A DNA stretch of 64,000 nt, from the NCBI RefSeq assembly GCF_009914755.1, contig NC_060933.1. One strand, written 5' to 3'. The translations under genes were made by a program, and so were the position numbers. Origin of the DNA: the human T2T-CHM13v2.0 reference genome, Homo sapiens. Shown here piece by piece: positions 42,701 to 55,250 of the stretch; position 1 is the first letter of the stretch; every line of letters starts with the position of its first letter. Under the pieces are notes generated by a model. It saw nothing but the letters and a program-made list of their open reading frames with translations, was not told the DNA's origin and did not search any database.

Positions 42701-45700
42701 TGCAATGGAATGGATTCAACTTGAATGGAATGGAAAGAATGGAATCAACACGAGTGGAATGGCATGGATTGGAATGGAATGGAATGGAATCAACCCGAGT
42801 ACAGAGGAATGGAATGGAATGGAATGCAATGGAATGGAATCATCCGTAATGGAATGGAAAGGAATGGAATGGAATGGAATGGAATGGAATCAACTCGATT
42901 GCAATTGAATGGAATGGAATGGAATTAACCCGAATAGAATGGAATGGAATCGAATGGAACGGAACGGAACGGAACGGAATGGAATGGAATGGAATGGAAT
43001 GGAACGGAAAGGAATGGAATGGAACGGAATGGAATGGAATGGAATGGAATGGAATCAACGCGAGTGCAGGGGAATGGAATGGAATGGAATGCAATGGAAT
43101 GGAATCTTCCAGAATGGAATGGAATGGAATGGAATGGAATCAACACGAGTGCAATGGAATGGAGTGGAATGGAATGGAATGGAATGGAACAACCCGAATG
43201 GAATGGAATGTAATGGAGAGTAAAGGAGTTGAATAGAATCATTCCGAATGTAATGGAATGGAATGGAACGGAATGGAATTGAATGGAATGGAATGGAATG
43301 CAATGGAATGGAATCAACCCGAGTGCAATGGAATGGAGAGGAGTGGAATGGAATGGAATGGAAACTACCCGAATGGAATGGAATGTAATGGAGTGTAAGG
43401 GAATTGAATAGAATCAATCCGAATGTAATGGAATGGAATGGAACGGAATGGAATGGAATGGAATGGAATAGAATGGAATGGAATGGAAGGCAATGGAATG
43501 GAATCAACCCGAGTGCAATCGAATGGAATCGAATGGAATGGAATGCAATGGAATGGATTCAACTTGAATGGAATGGAAAGAATGGAATCAACACGAGTGG
43601 AATGGCATGGATTGGAATGGAATGGAATGGAATCAACCCGAGTACAGGGGAATGGAATGCAATGGAATGCAATGGAATGGAATCATCCGTAATGGAATGG
43701 AAAGGAATGGAATTGAATGGAATGGAATGGAATGGAATGCAAAGGAATGGAATCAACTCGATTGCAATCGAATGGAATGGAATGGAATTAACCCGAATAG
43801 AATGGAATGGAATGGAATGGAACGGAACGGAATAGAATGGAATGGAATGGAACGGAACGGAATGGAATGGAATGGAATGGAATGGAATCAACGCGAGTGC
43901 AGGGGAATGGAATGGAATGGAATGCAAAGGAATGGAAACTTCCGGAATGGAATGGAATGGAATGAAATGCAATGGATTCAACTCAATTGCAATGGAATGG
44001 AATAGAATGGAATGGAATGGAATGGAATGGAATTAATCCGAATAGAATGGAATGGAATGGAATGGAACGGAATGGAACGGAATGGAATGGAATGGAATGG
44101 AATGGAATGGTATGGAATGGAATGGAATGGTACGGAATAGAATGGAATGGAACGAAATGTAATGGAATGGAATTGAATGGAATGGAATGGAATGGAATGG
44201 AATCAACGCGAGTGCAGGGGAATGTAATGGAACGGAATGCAATGGAATGGAATCATCCGGAATGGAATGGAATGGAATGGAATGGAATGGAATCAACACG
44301 AGTGCAATGGAATGGAGTGGAATGGAAAGGAATGGAATGGAACAACCCGAATGGAATGGAATGTAATGGAGAGAAAGGGAGTTGAATAGCATCAATCCGA
44401 ATGTAATGGAATGGAATGAAACGGAATGGAATGTAATGGAATGCAATGGAATGGAATCAACCCGAGTACAATGGAATGAAATGGAATGGAATGGAATGGA
44501 ACGGAATGATACGGAATAGAATGGAATGGAACGAAATGGAATGGAATGGAATGGAATGGAATGGAATGGAATGGAATGGAATCGTTCCGAGTGGAATAGG
44601 AGGGAATGTATTCGAGTGGAATGGAAAGGAATGGAATCAACCAGAGTGGAATGGAAGGGAATGGAATGGAATGGAAACTAATAGAATGAAATCAACCCGA
44701 GTAGAATAGAATGGAAAGGACTGGAATGGAATGGAATGGAATGGAATCAACTCGTTTGTAATGGAATGGAATGGAATGGAATGGAATGGAATGGAATGGA
44801 ATTAACCCGAATACAATGGAAGAGAATGGAATGGAATGGAAATTAATAGAATGGAATCAACCCGAGTGGAATGGAATGGAAAGGACTGGAATGGAATGGA
44901 ATGGAATGGAATCAACTCGATTGTAATGGAATGGAATGGAATGGAATGGAATGGAATGGAATGGAAATAACCCGAATACAATGGAATGGAATGGAATGGA
45001 ATGGAATGGAGTGGAATGGAATGGAATCAACCCGAGTGCAGGGGAATGGAATGGAATGGAATGCAATGGAATGGAATCATCCGGAATGGAATGGAATGGA
45101 ATGGAATGCAAAACAATGGAATCATCTCGATTACAATGGAATGGAATGGAATAGAATGGAATGGAATTAACACGAATAGAATGGAATGGAATGGAATTGA
45201 ATGGAACAGAAAGGAATGGAATGGAATGGAGTGGAATCAACCCAAGTGCAGGGGAATGGAATGGAATGGAATTCAATGGAATGGAGTCATCCGGAATGGA
45301 ATGGAATGGAATGGAATGGAATGGAATGGAATGGAATGGAATGGAATCAACCCGAGTGCAATGGAATGGAGAGGAATGGAATGGAATGGAATGGAAACTG
45401 CACGAATCGAATGGATTGTAATGGAGTGTAAGGGAATTGAATAGAATGAATCCGAATGGAATGGAATGGAAAGGAATGGAATGGAATGGAATGGAATGGA
45501 ATGGAATGCCATGGAATCAACCCGAGTGTAATCGAATGGAATCGAATGGAATGGAATGCAATGGAATGGATTCAACTTGAATGGAATGGAAAGAATGGAA
45601 TCAACACGAGTGGAATGGCTTGGATTGGAATGGAATGGAATGGAATCAACCCGAGTACAGGGGAATGGAATGGAATGGAATGAAATGGAATGGAATCATC

Positions 45701-46489
45701 CGTAATGTAATGGAAAGGAATGGAATGGAATGGAATGGAATGGAATCAACTCTATTGCAATCGAATGGAATGGAATGGAATTAACCCGAATAGAATAAAA
45801 TGGAATGGAATGGAATGGAACGGAGCGGAACGGAACGGAATGGAATGGTATGGAATGGAATGGAATGGAATGGAATGGAATGGAATGCAATGGAATCAAC
45901 TGATTGTAATGGAATGGAATGGAATGGAATGGAATGGAATGGAATGGAATTAACCCGAATAGAATGGAATGGAATTAAATGGAACGGAACGGAATGGAAT
46001 GGAATGGAATGGAATGGAATGGAATGGAATGGAATCAACCCGACTGCAGGGGAATGGAATGGAATGGAATGCAATGGAATGGATTCAACTTGAATGGAAT
46101 GGAAAGAATGGAATCAACACGAGTGGAATGGCATGGATTGGAATGGAATGGAATGGAATCAACCCGAGTACAGGGGAATGGAATGGAATGGAATGCAATG
46201 GAATGGAATCATCCGTAATGGAATGGAAAGGAATGGAATGGAATGGAATGGAATGGAATGGAATGGAATCAACTCGATTGCAATCGAATGGAATGGAATG
46301 GAATTAACCCGAATAGAATGGAATGGAATGGAATGGAACGGAACGGAACGGAACGGAATGGAATGGAATGGAATGGAATGGAATGGAACGGAAAGGAATG
46401 GAATGGAACGGAATGGAATGGAATGGAATCAACGCGAGTGAAGGGGAATGGAATGCAATGGAATGCAATGGAATGGAATCTTCCAGAAT
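36373..46489 (+). repeat. Tandem triplication, period ~3.35 kb
   Basis: AAAACAATGGAATCATCTCGATTAC ~38406/41766/45110, GGCTTGG 38919/42273/45617, AACTCTATTGC 39050/42404/45748. CTTCC sites at 36373/39752/43101/46475. Identical ORFs at an offset of exactly 3349 (39266/42615, 40055/43404). Confidence 0.93.
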
Positions 46490-49400
46490 GGAATGGAATT
46501 GAATGGAATGGAATCAACACGAGTGCAATGGAATGGAGTGGAATGGAATGGAATGGAATGGAATCAACGCGAGTGCAGGGGAATGGAATAGAATGGAATT
46601 CAATGGAATGGAATCTTACGCAATGGAATGGAATGGAATGGAATGGAATGGAATCAACCCGAGTGCAATGGAATGGAGTGGAATGGAATGGAATGGAATG
46701 GAACAACCCGAATGGAATGGAATGTAATGGAGAGTAAGGGAGTTGAATAGAATCAATCCGAATGTAATGGAATGGAATGGAACGGAATGGAATGGAATGG
46801 AATGGAATGGAATGCAATGGAATGGAATCAACCCGAGTTCAATGAAATGGAGAGGAATGGAATGGAATGGAATGGAAACTACCCGAATGGAATGGAATGT
46901 AATGGAGTGTAAGGGAATTGAATAGAATCAATCCGAATGTAATGGAATGGAATGGAACGGAATGGAATGGAATGGAATGGAATGGAATGGAATGGAATGC
47001 AATGGAATGGAATGCAATGGAATGGAATCAACCCGAGTGCAATCAAATGGAATCGAATGGAATGGAATGCAATGGAATGGATTCAACTTGAATGGAATGG
47101 AAAGAATGGAATCAACACGAGTGGAATGACATGGATTGGAATGGAATGGAATGGAATCAACCCGAGTACAGGGGAATGGAATGGAATGGAATGCAATGGA
47201 ATGGAATCATCCGTAATGGAATGGAAAGGAATGGAAAGGAAAGGAATGGAATGGAATGGAATGGAATGGAATGGAATGGAATGGAATCAACTCGATTGCA
47301 ATCGAATGGAATGGAATGGAATTAACCCAAATAGAATGGAATGGAATGGAATGGAACGGAACGGAATGGAATGGAATGGAATGGAATGGAACGGAAAGGA
47401 AGGGAATGGAATGGAATAGAATGGAATGGAATGGAATCAACGCGAGTGCAGGGGAATGGAATGGAACGGAATGCAATGGAATGGAATCTTCCGGAATGGA
47501 ATGGAATGGAATGGAATTGAATGGAATGGAATGGAATGGAATCAACCCGAGTGCAATGGAATGGAGTGGAATGGAATGGAATGGAATGGAACAACCCGAA
47601 TGGAATGGAATGTAATGGAGAGTAAGGGAGTTGAATAGAATCTATCCGAATGTAATGGAATGGAATGGAACGGAATGGAATTGAATGGAATGGAATGGAA
47701 TGCAATGGAATGGAATCAAGCCGAGTGCAATGGAATGGAGAGGAATGGAATGGAATGGAATGGAAACTACCCGAATGGAATGGAATGTAATGGAGTGTAA
47801 GGGAATTGAATAGAATCAATCCGAATGGAATGGAATGGAATGGAACGGAATGGAATGGAATGGAATGGAATGGTATGGAATGGAATGCAATGGAATGGAA
47901 TCAACCCGAATGCAATCGAATGGAATCGAATGGAATGGAATGCAATGGAATGGAATCAACTTGAATGGAATGGAAAGAATGGAATCAACACGAGTGGAAT
48001 GGCATGGATTGGAATGGAATGGAATGGAATCAACCCGAGTACAGGGGAATGGAATGGAATGGAATGCAATGGAATGGAATCATCCGTAATGGAATGGAAA
48101 GGAATGGAATGGAATGGAATGGAATGGAATGGAATGGAATGGAATGGAATCAACTCGATTGCAATCGAATGGAATGGAATGGAATTAACCCGAATAGAAT
48201 GGAATGGAATGGAATGGAACAGAACGGAATGGAACGCAATGGAATGGAACGGAACGAAATGGAATGGAATGGAATGGAATGGAATCAACGCGAGTGCAGG
48301 GGAATGGAATGGAATGGAATGCAATGGAATGGAAACTTCCGGAATGGAATGGAATGGAATGGAATGGAATGAAATGCAATGGATTCAACTCGATTGCAAT
48401 GGAATGGAATAGAATGGAATGAAATGGAATGGAATGCAATTAATCCGAATAGAATGGAATGGAATGGAATGGAACGGAATGGAACGGAATGGAATGGAAT
48501 GGAATGGAATGGAATGCTATGGAATGGAATGGAATGGTACGGAATAGAATGGAATGGAACGAATTGTAATGGAATGGAATTGAATGGAATGGAATGGAAT
48601 GGAATGGAATGGAATCAACGCGAGTGCAGGGGAATGTAATGGAACGGAATACAATGGAATGGAATCATCCGGAATAGAATGGAATGGAATGGAATGGAAT
48701 GGAATGGAATGGAATCAACCCGAGTGCAATGGAATGGAGTGGAATGGAATGGAATGGAATGGAACAACCCGAATGGAATGGAATGTAATGGAGAGTAAGG
48801 GAGTTGAATAGAATCAATCCGAATGTAATGGAATGGAATGCAACGGAATGGAATGGAATGGAATGGAATGCAATGGAATGGAATCAACCCGAGTACAATG
48901 GAATGGAATGGAATGGAATGGAATGGAATGGAATGGAATGGAATGATACGGAATAGAATGGAATGGAACGAAATGGAATTGAATGGAAAGGAATGGAATG
49001 GAATGGAATGGAATCGTTCCGAGTGGAATAGGAGGGAAAGTATTCGAGTGGAATGGAAAGGAATGGAATCAACCAGAGTGGAATGGAAGGGAATGGAATG
49101 GAATGGAAACTAATAGAATGGAATCAACCCGAGTGGAATGGAATGGAAAGGACTGGAATGGAATGGAATGGAATGGAATCAACTCGTTTGTAATGGAATG
49201 GAATGGAATGGAATGGAATGGAATGGAATGGAATGGAATGGAATTAACCCGAATACAATGGAAGGGAATGGAATGGAATGGAAACTAATAGAATGGAATC
49301 AACCCGAGTGGAATGGAATGGAAAGGACTGGAATGGAATGGAATGGAATGGAATCAACTCGATTGTAATGGAATGGAATGGAATGTAATGGAATGGAATG

Positions 49401-51666
49401 GAATGGAATTAACCCGAATACAATGGAATGGAATGGAATGGAATGGATTGGAGTGGAATGGAATGGAATCAACTCGAGTGTAATGGAATGGAATGGAATG
49501 GAATGGAATGGAATGGAATGGAATTAACCCGAATACAGTGGAATGGAATGGAATGGAATGGAATGGAGTGGAATGGAATGGAATCAACCCGAGTGCAGGG
49601 GAATGGAATTGAATGGAATGCAATGGAATGGAAACATCTGAAATGGAATCGAATGGAATGGAATGCAAAGCAATGGAATCAACTCGATTGCAATGGAATG
49701 GAATGTAATGGAAAGGAGTACATTGGAATCAACCCGAGTGGAATGGAAAGGAAAGGACTGGAATGGAGTGGAATGGAATGGAATGCAATGGAATGGAATG
49801 GAATGGAATCAACTTGATTGGAATGGAATGGAATGGAATGGAATGGAATGGAATGGAATGGAATCAACCCGACTGCAGGGGAATGGAATGGAATGGAATG
49901 CAATGGAATGGATTCAACTTGAATGGAATGGAAAGAATGGAATCAACACGAGTGGAATGGCATGGATTGGAATGGAATGGAATGGAATCAACCCGAGTAC
50001 AGGGGAATGGAATGGAATGGAATGCAATGGAATGGAATCATCCGTAATGGAATGGAAAGGAATGGAATGGAATGGAAAGGAATGCAATGGAATGGAATGG
50101 AATGGAATGGAATCAACTCGATTGCAATCGAATGGAATGGAACGGAATTAACCCGAATAGAATGGAATGGAATGGAATGGAACGGAACGGAATGGAATGG
50201 AATGGAATGGAATGGAATGGAATGGAACGGAACAGAACGGAATGGAATGGAATGGAATGGAATGGAATCAACGCGAGTGCAGGGGAATGGAATGGAATGG
50301 AATGCAATGGAATGGAATCTTCCGGAATGGAATGGAATGGAATGGAATGGAATGCAATGGAATGGAATCAACCCGAGTTCAATGAAATGGAGAGGAATGG
50401 AATGGAATGGAATGGAAACTACCCGAATGGAATGGAATGTAATGGAGTGTAAGGGAATTGAATAGAATCAATCCGAATGTAATGGAATGGAATGGAACGG
50501 AATGGAATGGAATGGAATGGAATGGAATGGAATGGAATGCAATGGAATGGAATCAACCCGAGTGCAATCGAATGGAATCGAATGGAATGGAATGCAATGG
50601 AATGGATTCAACTTGAATGGAATGGAAAGAATGGAATCAACACGAGTGGAATGACATGGATTGTAATGGAATGGAATGGAATCAACCCGAGTACAGGGGA
50701 ATGGAATGGAAAGGAATGCAATGGAATGGAATCATCCGTAATGGAATGGAAAGGAATGGAATGGAATGGAATGGAATGGAATGGAATGGAATCAACTCGA
50801 TTGCAATCGAATGGAATGGAATGGAATTAATCCGAATAGAATGGAATGGAATGGAATGGAACGGAACGGAATGGAATGGAATGGAATTTAATGGAACGGA
50901 AAGGAAGGGAATGGAATGGAATAGAATGGAATGGAATGGAATCAACGCGAGTGCAGGGGAATGGAATGGAATGGAATGCAATGGAATGGAATCTTCCGGA
51001 ATGGAATGGAATGGAATGGAATGGAATGGAATGGAATGGAATGGAATCAACCCGAGTGCAATGGAATGGAGTGGAATGGAATGGAATGGAATGGAACAAC
51101 CCGAATGGAATGGAATGTAATGGAGAGTAAGGGAGTTGAATAGAATCAATCTGAATGTAATGGAATGGAATGGAACGGAATGGAATGGAATGGAATGGAA
51201 TGGAATGCAATGGAATGGAATCAACCCGAGTGCAATGGAATGGAGAGGAATGGAATGGAATGGAATGGAAACTACCCGAATGGAATGGAATGTAATGGAG
51301 TGTAAGGGAATTGAATAGAATCAATCCGAATGTAATGGAATGGAATGGAACGGAATGGAATGGAATGGAATCAACGCGAGTGCAGGGGAATGGAATGGAA
51401 TGGAATGCAATGGAATGGAATCATCCGTAATGGAATGGAAAGGAATGGAATGGAATGGAATGGAATGGAATGGAATGGAATGGAATGGAATCAACTCGAT
51501 TGCAATCGAATGGAATGGAATGGAATTAAGCCGAATAGAATGGAATGGAATGGAATGGAATGGAACGGAATGGAATGGAATGGAATGGAACGGAACGGAA
51601 TGGAATGGAATGGAATGGAATCAACGCGAGTGCAGGGGAATGGAATGGAATGGAATGCAATGGAAT

Positions 51667-54600
51667 GGAAACTTCCGGAATGGAATGGAATGGAATGGAA
51701 TGATATGCAATGGATTCAACTCGATTGCAATGGAATGGAATAGAATGGAATGAAATGGAATGGAATGCAATTAATCCGAATAGAATGGAATGGAATGGAA
51801 TGGAACGGAATGGAACGGAACGGAATGGAATGGAATGGAATGGAATGGTATGGAATGGAATGGAATGGTACGGAATAGAATGGAATGGAACGAATTGTAA
51901 TGGAATGGAATTGAATGGAATGGAATGGAATGGAATGGAATGGAATCAACGCGAGTGCAGGGGAATGTAATGGAACGGAATGCAATGGAATGGAATCATC
52001 CGGAATGGAATGGAATGGAATGGAATGGAATGGAATGGAATGGAATCAACCCGAGTGCAATGGAATGGAATGGAATGGAATGGAATGGAATGGAACAACC
52101 CGAATGGAATGGAATGTAATGGAGAGTAAGGGAGTTGAATAGTATCAATCCGAATGTAATGGAATGGAATGCAAAGGAATGGAATGGAATGGATAGAATG
52201 GAATGCAATGGAATGGAATCAACCCGAGTACAATGGAATGGAATGGAATGGAATGGAATGGAATGGAATGGAATGGAATGGAATGGAATGGAATGGAATG
52301 ATACGGAATTGAATGGAATGGAACGCAATGGAATGGAATGGAAAGGAATGGAATGGAATGGAATGGAATCGTTCCGAGTGGAATAGGAGGGAATGTATTC
52401 GAGTGGAATGGAAAGGAATGGAATCAACCAGAGTGGAATGGAAGGGAATGGAATGGAATGGAAACTAATAGAATGGAATCAACCCGAGTGGAATGGAATG
52501 GAAAGGACTGGAATGGAATGAAATGGAATGGAATCAACTCGTTTGTAATGGAATGGAATGGAATGGAATGGAATGGAATGGAATGGAATGGAATTAACCC
52601 GAATACAATGGAAGGGAATGGAATGGAATGGAAACTAATAGAATGGAATCAACCCGAGTGGAATGGAATGGAAAGGACTGGAATGGAATGGAATGGAATG
52701 GAATCAACTCGATTGTAATGGAATGGAATGGAATGGAATGGAATGGAATGGAATGGAATGGAATGGAATGGAATTAACCCGAATACAATGGAATGGAATG
52801 GAATGGAATGGAAACTAATAGAATGGAATCAACCCGAGTGGAATGGAATGGAAAGGACTGGAATGGAATGGAATGGAATGGAATCAACTCGATTGTAATG
52901 GAATGGAATGGAATGGAATGGAATGGAATGGAATGGAATGGAATGGAATGGAATTAACCCGAATACAATGGAATGGAATGGAATGGAATGGAATGGAGTG
53001 GAATGGAATGGAATCAACCCGAGTGCAGGGGAATGGAATGGAATGGAATGCAATGGAATGGAATCATCCGGAATGGAATCGAATGGAATGGAATGCAAAG
53101 CAATGGAATCAACTCGATTGCAATGGAATGGAATGGAATGGAAAGGAATACATTGGAATCAACTCGAGTGGAATGGAATGGAAAGGACTGGAATGGAGTG
53201 GAATGGAATGGAATGCAATGGAATGGAATGCAATGGAATGGAATCAACCCGAGTGCAATCAAATGGAATCGAATGGAATGGAATGCAATGGAATGGATTC
53301 AACTTGAATGGAATGGAAAGAATGGAATCAACACGAGTGGAATGACATGGATTGGAATGGAATGGAATGGAATCAACCCGAGTACAGGGGAATGGAATGG
53401 AATGGAATACAATGGAATGGAATCATCCGTAATGGAATGGAAAGGAATGGAATGGAATGGAATGGAATGGAATGGAGTGGAATCAACTCGATTGCAATCG
53501 AATGGAATGGAATGGAATTAACCCGAATAGAATGGAATGGAATGGAATGGAACGGAACGGAATGGAATGGAATGGAATGGAATGGAACGGAAAGGAAGGG
53601 AATGGAATGGAATAGAATGGAATGGAATAGAATCAACGCGAGTGCAGGGGAATGGAATGGAACGGAATGCAATGGAATGGAATCTTCCGGAATGGAATGG
53701 AATGGAATGGAATGGAATGGAATGGAATGGAATCAACCCGAGTGCAATGGAATGGAGTGGAATGGAATGGAATGGAATGGAACAACCCGAATGGAATGGA
53801 ATGTAATGGAGAGTAAGGGAGTTGAATAGAATCGATCCGAATGTAATGGAATGGAATGGAAAGGAATGGAATTGAATGGAATGGAATGGAATGCAATGGA
53901 ATGGAATCAACCCGAGTGCAATGGAATGGAGAGGAATGGAATGGAATGGAATGGAAACTACCCGAATGGAATGGAATGTAATGGAGTATAAGGGAATTGA
54001 ATAGAATCAATCCGAATGTAATGGAATGGAATGGAACGGAATGGAATGGACTGGAATGGAATGGAATGGAATGGAATGCAATGGAATGGAATCAACCCGA
54101 GTGTAATCGAATGGAATCGAATGGAATGGAATGCAATGGAATGGAATCAACTTGAATGGAATGGAAAGAATGGAATCAACACGAGTGGAATGGCATGGAT
54201 TGGAATGGAATGGAATGGAACGGAACGGAATGGAATGGAATGGAATGGAACGGAACGGAATGGAATGGAATGCAATGGAATGGAATCAACGCGAGTGCAT
54301 GGGAATGGAATGGAATGGAATGCAATGGAATGGAAACTTCCGGAATGGAATGGAATGGAATGGAATGGAATGAAATGCAATGGATTCAACTCGATTGCAA
54401 TGGAATGTAATAGAATGGAATGAAATGGAATGGAATGCAATTAATCCGTATAGAATGGAATGGAATGGAATGGAATGGAATGGAACGGAATGGAATGGAA
54501 TGGAATGGAATGGAATGGTATGGAATGGAATGGAATGGTACGGAGTAGAATGGAATGGAACGAATTGTAATGGAATGGAATTGAATGGAATGGAATGGAA

Positions 54601-55250
54601 TGGAATGGAATCAACGCGAGTGCAGGGGAATGTAATGGAACGGAATGCAATGGAATGGAATCATCCGGAATGGAATGGAATGGAATGGAATGGAATGGAA
54701 TGGAATGGAATGGAATCAACCCGAGTGCAATGGAATGGAATGGAATGGAATGGAATGGAATGGAATGGAACAACCCGAATGGAATGGAATGTAATGGAGA
54801 GTAAGGGAGTTGAATAGTATCAATCCGAATGTAATGGAATGGAATGCAAAGGAATGGAATGGAATGGATAGAATGGAATGCAATGGAATGGAATCAACCC
54901 GAGTACAATGGAATGGAATGGAATGGAATGGAATGGAATGATACGGAATAGAATGGAATGGAACGAAATGGAATGGAATGGAAAGGAATGGAATGGAATG
55001 GAATGGAATCGTTCCGAGTGGAATAGGAGGGAATGTATTCGAGTGGAATGGAAAGGAATGGAATCAACCAGAGTGGAATGGAAGGGAATGGAATGGAATG
55101 GAAACTAATAGAATGGAATCAACCCGAGTGGAATGGAATGGAAAGGACTGGAATGGAATGGAATGGAATGGAATGGAATGGAATCAACTCGATTGTAATG
55201 GAATGGAATGGGATGGAATGGAATGGAATGGAATGGAATTAACCCGAATA
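51667..55250 (+). repeat. Older partial tandem duplication, period ~2.67 kb
   Basis: The marker combination AGTATCAATCC...GCAAAGG...GGATAGAAT occurs only at 52141 and 54816. GGAAACTTCC is at 51667/54332. The copies differ at several other sites. Confidence 0.75.
52461..52990 (+). repeat. Local triplication of a ~170-180-bp subunit (GAAACTAATAGAAT...AAAGGACTGG...CAACTCG...TAACCCGAATACAAT)
   Basis: The subunit starts at 52461, 52631 and 52811. It has two copies at e.g. 10386/10561, 14131/14291 and 49106/49281, and one copy at 24974, 55101 and 59751. Confidence 0.88.
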
